Positions 1 to 12,900 of a stretch of DNA of 64,000 bases are shown here, piece by piece. Positions within the stretch are counted from its first letter, which is position 1; each line of letters begins with the position of its first letter. Under the pieces are notes generated by a model. That model was given only the letters and a program-made list of their open reading frames with translations, made no database searches and was not told where the DNA came from. The position numbers were made by a program, and so were the translations under genes. The DNA comes from Sphagnum compactum (taxonomy: Eukaryota), in contig OZ234493.1 of assembly GCA_965153455.1 (NCBI GenBank), positions 9,352,213 through 9,416,212 of the forward strand, written 5' to 3'.

Positions 1-699
1 GCGGCTTGAAAATCACTTAGCTTCCAGCAAGCACCCACCCACCCACCCACCCAGCACACCAGTTTTGTTTCCAATTCTTCCCACTCAGAGTGTCTTAAAC
101 TTGACTAACACAAGAATGCTGACCGCTTCTCCTCTAGAGTTCATGTCTCAGTAATTAATTTGTGCGCATTATTGTGGTGTTGTTGTTGCTGCTGCTGCTG
201 CTTCATTTGAATGCCGTGTGCTTTGCTTTGCTTTTAGTAGATTGCCTCAACTCGTGGCATACTGCTACACTCGCGCACTCTCCAGTCTATCTTCCCTTTT
301 TGTGGGTTTGTGTTGCGTGAATTGCGCGAGAGTCGAAATATGAACCGCGAGTTCAGCTCCGTTCGTGACGGATTCTGTTACGTAAATGTGTCGTCAGTGC
401 CCTTCTACTGAAGCTTCTTGGGTGCTCTCTTCATGGCTGTAGTCTTGGTCGCATTGTCCTCTCCTCTCTAGATTGTCGATCAGCACCCACTCGGAAGCTT
501 GATAAATTCCACACTCTTGTACAGCGACCCAAGAGAGAGTTTAGAGAGAGAGAGAGAGAGAGAGATTGCGGAAAGCATTTCTCTATTGGGTGACAGTTCT
601 TTCGTCGCAGCTGGGAGTGCCATCAGTCGAGGAAGCTCGAGAGAGCCATACATAGAGAGAGAGAAGGGTGGGGGGTGTTGTTCTGGTGGGTGCTTCGCA

Positions 700-2011
700 A
701 TGGACTCGGGTGCTCTCCTTTTGCCTGCTGGGCTAGTGGCATTCGACAACTCCCTCAAAAAGCAGCAGCAACAGCAGAAACCTTTGACAGTTGCCGCAGC
801 TGATGCTGCAGGGAGCAGCTTTGCAGATATATTTCAGATTGACGACCTGCTGGATTTTTCCAATGAAGATATAGCTGGCCCAATAGGTGAGGCAGTCCAT
901 CATACTACAGTTTTGAAACCCGAGACAATTGGAGGTTGCCTCACACCTTTTCTGGAGAATGGGACAGAGCTGCAACATCTCGCTCCTAAAGCACACAAGC
1001 TAGAAGGAGAAGAAGAAGAAGCAGGGATTGAAGCTGACCTTTGCCTCCCTGTAAGTCAAGAACCCCACACCCATCTCCACACACAAACACATGCCACATT
1101 CGCACTTCTCACATTTTAAATGTCCACTAAAGATGTTGTAGAAGGTGCAAGAGACTTTTATGTGTCTGAAGGCTTCGGAAGACCTTGCCAACAAGCATCT
1201 GCATACCAGACAGGCATTGATCACCCCCCATTCATACTCATAGCTGTCTCTCTTTATGCTGTATGTTTTGTGGCAGTATGATGACTTGGAGGAGCTGGAG
1301 TGGGCGTCCAGGTTTCTGGAGGATTCATTTCCTGTCACTGGTGATGATCAGTCACACAAGACATGGTCAGATGACAATGGTAGTGCAATTTCAATCGGGG
1401 AGAAGGAGACTGAGTTGTCAGCTCTATTCATGAAGCAGCAGCATCAGTACTATGAGAAGGCTGCCGCAAGTCCGGTGTCTGTGCTGGAGCACCAGGCCAG
1501 TGCAACATCGTCGGAGCTAACAGGTAGTGATCACAGCCTGGATTTCTGTGTGCCTGGCCGTGCTCGAAGCAAAAGGTCACGGAGTGAGGGAAAGAAATGG
1601 ACATCTGGTATTCTATCCTCCACTACAACATCATGTGGTACCAACAGAGTATCGGCATCCCCATCTCAATGGAGTGCAGGGGAAGAAGAAGACACTGTAG
1701 AGGAAGGGGAGGAGTGGCAATCCTGCAACTTCCAGAAAGCCAAACAAAGCAGGAAATCTTCATCTCAGCAGGATGGAGAAGTGCTGCGATGCACGCATTG
1801 CCAGACACAGAGGACACCACAGTGGAGAACAGGACCCATGGGACCCAAAACTCTGTGCAATGCTTGTGGGGTGCGCTACAAATCTGGAAGACTACTGCCA
1901 GAGTATAGACCTGCCTCCAGCCCTGCCTACATTCCCCACAAGCACTCCAATTCCCACAAGAAAATCCTCGAAATGCGACAGCAAAGGGAAATGATGGAGG
2001 CATCAGTGTAG
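700..2011 (+). CDS. GATA-type zinc-finger transcription factor (plant subfamily A-like), 2 exons: 700-1050, 1277-2011
   Basis: CTHC-x18-CNAC finger ([45 protein letters not shown]...HSNSHKK). Also carries the motifs [24 protein letters not shown] and PGRARSKR. Phase-0 intron gtaagt (1051) ...ggcag (1276). ATG at 700. Confidence 0.95.
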
Positions 2012-4153
2012 GAGCCCAGGGTCTGAACAGCATTTGCAACATACAAAACCCCTCAAAGAATGCCACAAAACATCAAACTGGCACAGGAGCTTCACAGCCC
2101 AAACACCAAATGTCCAAGGGGACAAAAGGAGAAGCAGCAAAGAATGCAGACAGAATGATGATGTGTTTTCTAAACCCTGTAAACCTTTTAGAGAGCTGCT
2201 CCTTCTCACAGGTTAGCAAACATACTTCAAAATCATTGCAATCCCAGAGGAGGATAGTTGAGGAGTTCCAGCAACACATTTCTATTGGTGCAAAGGATTG
2301 AGACATTGTCACTCATATTTGGTACAACTTAAGAGAGACACACACTACCAACACACACGAGAGAGACTAGAGAAAAGAGAGGAAGAAGTTGACAAATTGC
2401 CCCACATTCAATTTTGCTATGCAATACAGTTAGATTATTATTTGCAGCCTAATTCCTATGCACATACCATTGCTCAAATTGGGCTGATTAGAATTGCATT
2501 TCCAACTGGCCACAGACTATGTACAAACAATTGAATGATGATGATAGTTTCTAAACATTTGATGGAATGATGAGAGAGTTTGATCAATGCTTTGTACACC
2601 TCTGCTGCCTTAAGAAGCTGCAATGGAATTTTTTCTTCCTCCATAGCTAGAGGATACTTCTGCCTTGTTTCTTGCAGCTGTGACCTGCAATGTTCACAGC
2701 ATATTTTCATCAGCACAGAAGCTTCCATGGTAGTTTAGTTTTTCAAAGGGTGTAAGTTCAGTTTCCTTCTCTCATTTGCTTCCTACAAATCTGTGTAATT
2801 GCAAATGCTGAATTGGACTCTGGTTTAGGGTGCTGGCAATGCAAATGGCATAAGGTAACCAAGCTTTTGTTTGTTGAATTATGGTCTTTAGCTACCCACT
2901 GGCAAAGTGGTGAATTATGAAGAGAGGGTAATAGTGACCATTCATTTTGCAGTATTGGAAGAGAAGGGAATATGTACATATACTATTGGAATCTATTATG
3001 ACACATTCATTCACTGCCAACCAAGGTTGCACTCTCTTAAAGGAATGAGTTTGATTTGAGATTCCACTGACATACCAGTCTTATGTCGGTGTTGGAAAGC
3101 TGTTTGGTAACAGATCATCAGGCCAAGAATCTTGTCTGTTTCACTCAGTAGAAGACGACTTATTCAAGTTCCAAAAATAATCGCAGAGTGGAAACTACTA
3201 CACATCTCTGCATTACCTGTGCCTAAGAACATGCTGCACCACAGAACAGCTGACAAATCCATGTCACAGACAGGTACAGTCCGGTCAGGTAAAAAGGTTA
3301 TGTTACAAGTTGCCCACAAATCATGTGATGAAAGGTCAACAAATCACCCAGTACCCCAGAGGTTTCACCTCTGCCAGAGGGTTTACCTCTGTTCCAAGGT
3401 GCACACATTCAAATCTTCCCTCCACCAGAGCTGCTGCTTCTTCTGTTCCATGGTAAGTTCACAGCATCCCTCCTTCAGAGTCACTAGGTTCTTCTTGGAA
3501 GGAGGCCTGTTGGCAAATCACATCTTAAAGTGATCTTCAGCCTAAAATGCTGAACTTCACAACTAAAAATGACCTTCAGACTAATACAGGACAGGGCCTA
3601 GCTTGGGCACCCCCTTCATTCATGTACAAAGGTAACAAAAAGTAAGAGAATGAGATGGCAGTGAAGGCTTTAATATCAAGATATTTTCAGGAATAGAAGA
3701 CTTACAATACCAGTAGGATTCTTAGCTCATTGCATGCCAGAGTATCACAAGCAACTGAACTCAAATTTCAGGCCTACAAATCTCCAGAGCAACCAGATAT
3801 TGGAATACACATCTTGCTAATTGCCTACAGAAGCAAAGATCTGCTATGATGCCGACCTTGTCAGAGACAAATTTAGAACAGAACTTGCCTATTTGTGCAT
3901 GACTAACCTCAAGTTGTGTACATTATCTCCATGACACACGAGGGTAACAAAAAAAGTTTGAGACATGATGTTAAAAATCCACTCAAACCTTGAAAGCCTC
4001 CTCATGCCTTAAATACATGCAAAAATCCTGATGGTGTGTTATCCTGCAAGCAACACGCTACATTCACATGGCACTGACCATGGTCTCCAGCAAAGACAAT
4101 CCATTTCAGCCTCTGGCACAACATTGCTCACAAAATCTTTCTGGTTCAGTGAC

Positions 4154-6719
4154 TTATTGGTGCCCTAGCTGTGCCTCCAATTCTGCTCGGTGTCTGTGGA
4201 CTTCCTGTCAACAGAAAAGTATGTAGCACCAGGAACTTAGCTCTGGATGCAATGTTAAGGTCAAGAACACTCAATCAACAGTTATAACAATCTGAACTAG
4301 TCATGGCGTTGAATCCTACCCTGCAGACAACAGCTGGAAGACTAATGACAACATACCCGCTACAAGATTGAATGCAAATGGATGTATACAAAGACACCAT
4401 AATGTCATCTATATCATATGCAATTCTAGGGCATAAATCTATGTAAACACAATAACACAATTCCTTGATTTGGAGTTCAATTTTATTCCTTCTTCCATGC
4501 AATTCTGAAAAAAGGGGTAATACCTCAAGGTCCTTAATGGCTTGTTGGCGCCTATGCACAGCACTCAAGTGACTGTGCTTGATTCGCCCAATGCACAGTA
4601 ATCCCTGCATACAACACCATTACAAGACAGATACCACAACATCAGATGCTAATCAGAGAAATAAATCCCAGGCAACTTTTGTGCTGGAATGTCAACATTA
4701 TAGCCCTACTGAGAGAGAACACAAAGATCTTGGAGATGAATGTAGGATACAAATGTGTGAAAACCAACTACCACCCTCATATACAATGCACAAGCAAATC
4801 CACAAAGGGTGACTTACAGCAGCAGTGTATATAATGCCACAGATCAGAAGCCACCAGCTGGCTACCTGATGCAGAACACTCTCTGCCTGAGTCTCCCCAC
4901 TTGCTTGTGCCAGCACATTTGTCAACACTGCAACACTGTTAAGAAAACAGTCACATACACCATGCTATTTCATCAGGCACCTGACAAGGTTGTTGCAAAG
5001 AATGCTATCCAAGAGCCATTCAACACAATTTGCTGTGGAGTCAGCCTCAATTCAAACAGCAACCCAGGTCACCTCCTAGTACTGATAAGGGGGCAGCATG
5101 AAAACCTGACACCAGTACAAAGAAAGATCCATTCTGCAATTCAGTAAATGAGAGATCAACATTACAGATATCACTTACAATATCTGAAACATCCCTCGCC
5201 CTACCCAGTATTCAAGCACCTGCAGAGAATCACAATCAGGAGTGGTGGTCACTAGGCGAAAATCCATTCCTAGTTCAGATACATTTACTACTTTCTCAAT
5301 TCATGCAATCTCAAACCTGCAATTGCCCTCGGCTGCCTGTAAGAGCTTGGGTGAGACAGAAAATAATCCACTAGCAGAAAGGAGTGGAAAGACAGCCATA
5401 CCTGCCAGAGCCTGAATATGGCCTCCCACTCTGTTTCTGCAAGAGCAACAAAAAAGGCAATACCGACAGCATAGCAGCGCAAGATCAAGATGAATGGCTG
5501 AAAAAAATTCCAAACAAACAGTGTCAGACATGTACTAGCCCCATTCTTTGCACTGCAAGGTACAAGAACATCTTACACAATTATTTACTGTGCCTCCTAC
5601 CTAAGCATACTAGCATTGTACCATCTGCAATGCAACACAAGTATCAGACAGCCCTACAACTATCGTTTCTTTATGCAGTGCATCCACCAGAACAAAGTAG
5701 CATGCAACACATACAGGCAAGATAAAATCCAGTAAACAACCATTCTCATACATATGTGGGAATTCAAATAATATTCTAATTTGTATGTGGAAATCAGTTG
5801 CAAATTCTCAAATTCACAGAATGCAATAATCATCCTCTTCTCTTGGCATGTCAAACCCTCAATGAGTTAGACAACAAGTATAGGAAGAAGTGTGACAGAC
5901 ATGTGAAACATGTATGTAAGAGCTTGGATCTGTACAATCCCTTTGTGAACAATGCCAGACAACAGGATTCCTTCCATACAGTGTTGCTTCCAACATTTGG
6001 CCATAATAATGCACAAAAAACGCAGAAGTAGCAGCTGGCAAGTTGGGGAAGAAAAGAACTGTAACTGATGTGCAACACAGCAACATCAAGAATTACAGAA
6101 AACAATGGATTCCACTTGGCAAATTCTCAGAAAAGCTTGAATCTGGAAAGCTTGTAAGCCTAAAGCAGGCATGCCATGCATTCCCCCATGTTACAGGACA
6201 AAATGCTTTGCAAACTCAATCAAGAGCAAGCTTGTAACCCTAAAGCAGACATGCGACGCATTCTCCCATGTTACAGAACAAAATGGCCTACGAACTCGAT
6301 CAAGAACAAGCTTATAACTCTAAAGCAGGCATGCGATGCATTCTCCCATGTTAAAGAACAAAGTGGCCTGCAAACTCAATCAAGACAGGTCGGGAGGGAA
6401 CAAAGGAGAGAGAGCGAAAACGCACACTGACGCGATAATCGAATCCTCGATAATCGAAAGAGCGCAGCAGGGAAATGAGGTTCACCACCATGCACAGCAC
6501 GGAGCCCAACGCTGAGACAATGCTAAACACTGTGCACACGAAAAGCAGCGAGTCGGTGGGAGGCGTGGGCGGACGATTCTCTAGCAGCGGCGCTTCATCC
6601 GCCGCCTGCTCCTCAGCGGAGTCCTCGAGGAGCATATGCGATTCCAAATCATTCCCGCCGCGACTGCTCGTTATCGGGGCGGCCTTTCCCCCATTCCCCT
6701 CCCCCTCCGCATGACTCAT
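4154..6719 (-). CDS. COPI-associated / TVP15-like multi-pass membrane protein. Exons about 6719-6432, 5497-5402, 5219-5179, 4935-4818, 4604-4524, 4204-4154
   Basis: The spliced translation gives ILRCYAVGIAFFVALAETEW..., VLEYWVGRGMFQIFVAV..., GLLCIGRIK...QAIKDLE, EVHRHRAELEAQLGHQ*. This matches the plant COPI-associated family as I recall it. All introns are GT-AG with consistent phases. The exon-1 donor is ambiguous by 6 nt. Confidence 0.85.
6148..6390. repeat. Three tandem ~80-bp repeats in intron 1 of the COPI-associated gene
   Basis: aagcttgtaa..taaagcag.catgc.a.gcatt.cccatgtta.ag.acaaa recurs at about 6148, 6228 and 6308. Confidence 0.8.
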
Positions 6720-7055
6720 TTACCCAAATTCTGCACAAAAACTCTTTTTCCAAATCTCTTCAACAAAATATCTCTCGATGTAAGCTCGTCGGGAACACCT
6801 TCTCCTTATCGACGATTTCTTGCTCTCTCAAACAAATCTGCTCAACATTTGAAACCTGGAACTCTCTACAGAACTTCTCTCTCTCTCTCTCTCTCTCTCT
6901 TCGACAAAATTGAGGCCGACGAATCTCCGCGCAACTCCTCCAAAGTCTAGCAATCAAAACTTTCTTCCAAATTTTTGGAGTACAAATCAAAATCACGTTT
7001 TTTCCAACAAAAATTCGTGAAGGAAATCGAAAAGGAAGGAATGCCAAGAGGTCGT

Positions 7056-7230
7056 GCCACGTGTCGGTATATGCGCAGTTTCCAGCCACGTACGTACGCC
7101 TTTAATGACAACGTCGAGAGAAAAAGCGGGAAGCGTATGAATCTGGCTTATAGGCTTACGTGGCAGTATTGGACACGTGTGAGAGAGAATTATGTGTTGT
7201 AAGTAGGACCGCTCATCACCAAACACGTAC
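7056..7230. promoter_or_regulatory. Cluster of ACGT-core G-box/ABRE-like elements upstream of the COPI-associated gene
   Basis: gccacgtgtc (7056), gccacgtacgta (7085), tacgtggc (7157), gacacgtgt (7172) and acacgtac (7223), 340-510 bp upstream of the ATG at 6719. Confidence 0.55.
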
Positions 7231-7809
7231 CTATCATCAAACACTTTCCCATAATTTCCTCATTCCTGAACCAAATTGAGCGATTTTTGTGTCATTAGAT
7301 GCGCAAACTGGAGGGCTGCAAATGTTCTTTGAGTGTCATTAGGAAAGGAGCAACACAGAAAACACGGGAAGAGGATGAACTATAGTTTCAAACTTTTTGA
7401 AAAAATAGTTCTAAATCCCTCTCTACTTCCAATCCCATATCTTCTTCATTTTGAGTCCGATGTGAGTGAGTTAAAACCCTCATGCATGCGTCACTTAGGG
7501 CTTTACAAAACTTCTTTGTATTTTAAAAACAAAAGATGTAATAATCAAAGATTTCAAGCTTAAAATCCTAATCTGTTTTAATCCACTCATTCCTAAGCAT
7601 TGAATCTTTTTACATTGAAGACCTCACATCTTCTTCATGCATTTACCAAATTGAACAATTTTTACAACGTTATAAGCATTAGGTGGAACGTTACAAGTGT
7701 TTTTTGCGCTTCAGGGTTTGAGGAGCTAGCAACCTGAGTAGTGCCAATACTATTCTCCCATGCTAGATCCACATGTGAGCCTTCTTGACCCTCAAAGTTA
7801 CATGATTAA

Positions 7810-8430
7810 AGGTAGGGTTTAGGGGCTGAAATTAAGGTTTGGGATGGCTTAAGTCTAAATTTTGGGTTTAAATTTGTCTATTAGAGTTAGGGTTTTAGCA
7901 TTAAGGTTTAGGTTTTAGGCTTCAGGGTTTTGATTTTAGGTTTGAAATTGGGGGCTAGGGTTTAAGGTTTAGGGTCTGAAATTAGGGTATAGGATGGTTT
8001 AAATCTGAATTTTGAGTTTCAATTCATTTTTTATGGTTAGGGTTTCAACATTAAGGTTTATGCTTTTAGGTTCTAATGTTTTGCTTTCTGGTGTGAAATT
8101 GGGGGGTTAGAGTTTTAGGTTTAAGGTCTGAAATTAGGGTTTAGGATGTTTTAAGTTTGAATTTTTGGGTTTTAGGTTGTTTTTTAAAATTAGGTTTTCA
8201 ATACTAAGGCTTAGAGTTTAAGCTTTAAAGTTTTGCATTTAGGAATGAAATTTTAGAACAAAAGTTTCAAGCTTGAAATTTAGGGTTTTGGGGTTGTATT
8301 TTTGGCTTAAAGTCTCAATTTAAGGTTAGGGTTTGCATATTAAGGTCTAGGTTTTAAGGTTTGAAATGAAAGGTTTCAAGTTCAACAATTGTGGGTAAAG
8401 CTTTAAAAATTTAGGGCTTTAAGGTCTAAA
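7810..8430 (+). repeat. Degenerate telomere-like (TTTAGGG-derived) array with a ~150-bp higher-order unit
   Basis: Many ttagggttt/ttaaggttt variants. The block ctgaaatta.gg...ggatg.ttaa.t.t.aa recurs at 7826, 7976 and 8128. Confidence 0.75.
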
Positions 8431-8469
8431 ATTTTCGTTTATATCTTGCTAGGGGATGCACTAGTGAAA

Positions 8470-9310
8470 ATGGGGAGACTTCAAAGTTGGGGCCTAAATA
8501 ACAACTTTTGTGCTTCATATTGTTTGTGAAGCACGACAATGTCACCATTTATGATGCCTTCATGTGAAACTGGGCAAAATCATCATTGTGTGATGATGTG
8601 AAGCACACGTTCATGGGCAAATTCATTACATCATGCATTAACCATGCCCTAACGGATGAAATCCATTGGCCATCATCTTTTGAAAGGGTTGCCTTGGGTA
8701 GCCAATTGTGTGAATTGCTAGGGTGCTTAGGGTTCATTGATAGGACATTGGTTGAGATTCAAAAGCCATGGAAAAACCTGGAACATTGGACATGGTTGAA
8801 TGGTCACAAGAAGATATATGAATGAACAACACCGTGATTTTGGACCACCATGGATTCTTTATTTATATCGACTCGAGCTACCATGGGTCTTATCACCATG
8901 TAAGCATTTTTTGCCATTCAGCCATTTATTGAAAATGGTGTCATATTTCATTGGGATGATTATTTTGAATATCTTTTAAGAGATCTGGGGTACTCGAAGG
9001 AAAAAATGTTCATCACAAGGAGGATGGGGGGGTGAGAGTTACCACCAAATGCCGGACCATGGTGCCGTCCATGCTTACAACAAAGTGCATGCAGAGTTTA
9101 GGGTCCAAGTGGAATGGGGAATTGGTGGACTTAAGCAAAAATGGAGATGCTTCATAAAAAAAATTGATGCCACAAAACAAAAATTTCCCATCTTTTCCAA
9201 GCTGGTGTTCTCATCACCAACTACCTTCACCATTGGTACGTGGACTTCACATACGAGGTCATTATAAATTAAAATCTTGACCCTATTGCACAAGGGTGGG
9301 TTAGAGACTA
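8470..9310 (+). pseudogene. Decayed PIF/Harbinger (DDE_Tnp_4 / HARBI1-like) transposase
   Basis: Fragments IHWPS..ER...GCLGFIDRTLVEIQKP..., NGHKKIY.MNNTVILDH.G.FIYIDS.Y.GSYH and YNKVHAEFRVQVEWGIGGLKQKWR, broken by stops and frameshifts. Confidence 0.8.
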
Positions 9311-9339
9311 TTAGGTACAAGTCTAAACTTGTGAAAACT

Positions 9340-9910
9340 TATAATTTAGGATGTAAGGTTTGGTATTATGGTTCTTAGATCTGAAATTAGGGTTTTAGGC
9401 TTTAGGATTTTTATTGCAGGTCTGAAATAAAGGTTTACAACCTTGAAATTAGGGATTAGAGTTTAAGTTCTGAAATTAAGGTTTTAGGTTTAAAATTGAA
9501 ATTTATAAACTTGACATTAGAATTAGGGTTTTAGGTTTTGAAATTAGGGTTTAATGTTTGTAATTAACGTTTTGTAGACTTGGGATTAGGGTTTAGGTTC
9601 TGAAATTAAGGTTTAAACGTTTGAAATTAAATCTTACAGACCTAAAATTAGGATTAAAGTTTAGATTCTAAACTTAGGGTTTTAAATTTTGAAATTGGGG
9701 TTATAGTCTTGAAATTAAAAATTAAGATTCAAGTTATAAACTTAGGGTTTAATGTATGTATTTAAGGTTTGTAGACTTGGGATTAGGGTTTAGGGTCTAA
9801 GGTTGAAAGTAGGGTTTTGATGTTAAGTTTACGAAGGTCTGAAATGAAGGTTTTAAGTTTAAAATTGAATTTTATTGGTATGAAATAAGGGTTTTAAGTA
9901 TAAAATTTCA
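9340..9910 (+). repeat. Second degenerate telomere-like array (gaaattagggtttt units)
   Basis: Repeated tgaaattagggttt/ttaaggttt units, same orientation as the array at 7810-8430. Confidence 0.75.
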
Positions 9911-12900
9911 AAAAAATCTGGATTGCATAATCATAATGTTTTACATCAACATGCTAATTATAATTCCAAAATAGCCTTAACTTTTGTTTTAAACTTTTCT
10001 TTTGAAATCACATTTAAATTTTTAACCATCTTCAATTTTTATTTTTTTATTTTTTCTCACGATTGATATCAATTTTCCATAACAAGAAAGCATCACGAAC
10101 ATCATATGTAAAGGAGAATCGATTTGCCATGGTTGCCATGGTCCTAGAATTCATGTTTGTAATTTCCCCCTTGTTAAGTTTTGCACTAGGGTTTTACATT
10201 TCTTTTGGGGTGGTCAATGAGATAGGATCTAAAGAATTGGCACTAATAGAAGGTGCATTCCACTGTGGAAAAAAAAGGTGTCCTGCTATTGGCCTTATAA
10301 CTCATTGTATTTATATGTCGTGAATGTTAATGGACAAGTTGCAACTTAATGTATATACAATGCAATTCATTGCAACTCAATTGTAATTCAATCAAAACAA
10401 CTCATTTTCAACTATTATGCAATTCCATTATAATTGCACCCATGATGTCATGTTAACGTCATTGATTATCATCCATCTATTAAAATTTGACATATGCCAT
10501 TATGAAGATTTTTGGACATAAAATGATTTTTTCTCGAAATATTGATCTCCATTGTTCATTATGATTATTAAGGATGGTCCAAAATTGTGACACATGGCAT
10601 AATATTTTTTTGCCACATGGCATATTTATGATATTTTGGAATAAATAAATAAATAAATAATATATTAGAGTAGCTAAGTAGGTCATACATAACCATAAAT
10701 AAGTAGGTTGGTAGGTCTTAAAACCTACATACTTATGTATTTACCTAGGACTTACCTACCTACATACATAGGTAGGTAAAAAAATAGGACCTACTTATTT
10801 ACATAGGTAGGTAAGTAGGTAGGAAAACACAAGATTAAATGAATTAAAGAATAGCCATGAAATTTTATTTTTTGATTTTATGTTTTGCTTTTAGATTAAA
10901 GTTTTTTGAACTCATCCCAAAATGACACTTGTATTTTAATGTGAGAATATGAGAGAACAAGCCATCTTTATATAGTTTGTAACATGGGATCCGAAAACAA
11001 AACATATGGCTTAAATCTTTTAATTGTTCCTTAGTTGCAAATTAAGTTGCAATTGAGTTGCAATTATAACACTTAAGTGTTCAGGGTAGGCCAGATCCAA
11101 AGGGAGGGCTTTATTGTTTCTGGTGTCCAAACAAAACTTGAACCCCTTTTATTGGCACCTTTGGGGCATTAAAAATTGTCAAAAACAAAATAGAATTGAG
11201 AAAGTTATGGCCCCCTAAAGTAAAGGGGGTCAAAAACTCAAAACAAGCCACCAAATGTTACAAAGGCCAATTCTCGAACACTTAAGAAAATCCTTGTATG
11301 TTGTTTTGTTGTTATTAGAGTTCACAAATGATTTGTAGAACGTTAGGTGGTGCATCTACAACACTCTAGATCGTTTAAAATAATAAAAAATAAAAAAGTT
11401 ATGAGGTTTGAAAGTAGGAGGGGTTAAAAAAAAAAAAAAAAAGGGAAAAAAATGTGTTTGTAAGTTGGAAAGTTTATTTCTCTTCTTGTTTTTTCATTGC
11501 TCCTTTTTTCTTTACATTTCAAAAATAATTTCTAAAACATGAGGTGGTGTTCTCATAACATTTTAAATCACTCAAAATGAAACACATATGATGAAAATAT
11601 AAATAACTGATGAATATGTATCTTTATTAAGTAATAAGTAGTTGTATTATAATCATAACATAGTTGAACAATAATACTTTAGTAGTGGCGCACTAATGAT
11701 TGTACTAATTGTATCAATGGGAATCATATATAATAAAAAATTAGTTACAAATGTATTCCATACTGGGTGGTGGAAATGTGAACACGTGGCATGATCACAT
11801 GTATTTATATTGTACCTAGTTGCAACATAGTTTTGTTTTAGTGGCACATTTAAAACAATTCTAAAATAGTTGTCACATGCAATTACAATGCAACTCCTGA
11901 AAAAATCAAACATGGTTGATTACATATGTATGTACGATGTGTATAAATTACCATATAGAAGGCCCATTTTCAACTCATTTGCAATTATAATACAACTAAT
12001 TGATTTTCTAATGTGGCAATTTAATTATTGATACACTGTATTTTTAGGGGATAGTTTCACACTAGTTGTAATACCCAAGAGATAATTGCACAATAGTTGT
12101 ATGTGAGTTGTTTTTTGAATTTTAATTGCAAGGTAGTGTGGTTTTGACGAACGTGATTTCTCATAATGTTCAATTCATTAAAAGGAGGGCTATTACTAAG
12201 TCTAAGAGATGGGGATTGGGTTATGGGTGTGTAATCAATGAAGTTTTGTTGCCTTTTCAAAACCTTTCAATTTGCATGTTCATTAATGGATTGCCATTCC
12301 AAAATTACATCACATTGCAATGTGGCTTGTTCTGAATGTTCTTCATTGGAAACACATGTTTTCAATTCCTTCAAAATTTCCTACAATCAGTACTTCAATG
12401 TCTCTTCAACAAATTGGGGGTCTAGGTAAGCTAATTTTAAATAATCCCTATAAACAAATTTCCAGACCACATTAGGAATCAATCGAATCCCATGATTTTT
12501 GCCAGTGCTATACATGGTAAAATGATGGTTATATGATGTAGTAAGTGTGCTAAGGTTTGCAGATTTCATAATCTGTTGATGTATCCTTTTTCAACGAGGT
12601 TGTGTGGGCTTGTACAATGCCACTGATTTAGACATTTAAATTTTAACCATGAACTTGTTAGCATTTGAAAAACTCCCCATTCCTAAATCAAACCCACACC
12701 CAACATTGACATTCAAATAACCCTAGAAAATTTAAGAATGAACCTTAATGACCAATTATTGGTAGCATTCAATAGTGATTTACATGAGGTAATTATGTTT
12801 CAGTATGCAAGGTTTACAAGAAGCCTAAAAGGAATATAAACAAAACCAGTTGAAGTAAAGGATCCAATGTTTCATGATAAGCCAATTAAGGTTTGGGTAT

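Noticed and set aside
499-699. N-terminal extension of the GATA ORF
   Set aside because: It uses a non-ATG start and crosses a (GA)n microsatellite typical of a 5' UTR. The ATG at 700 is preferred.
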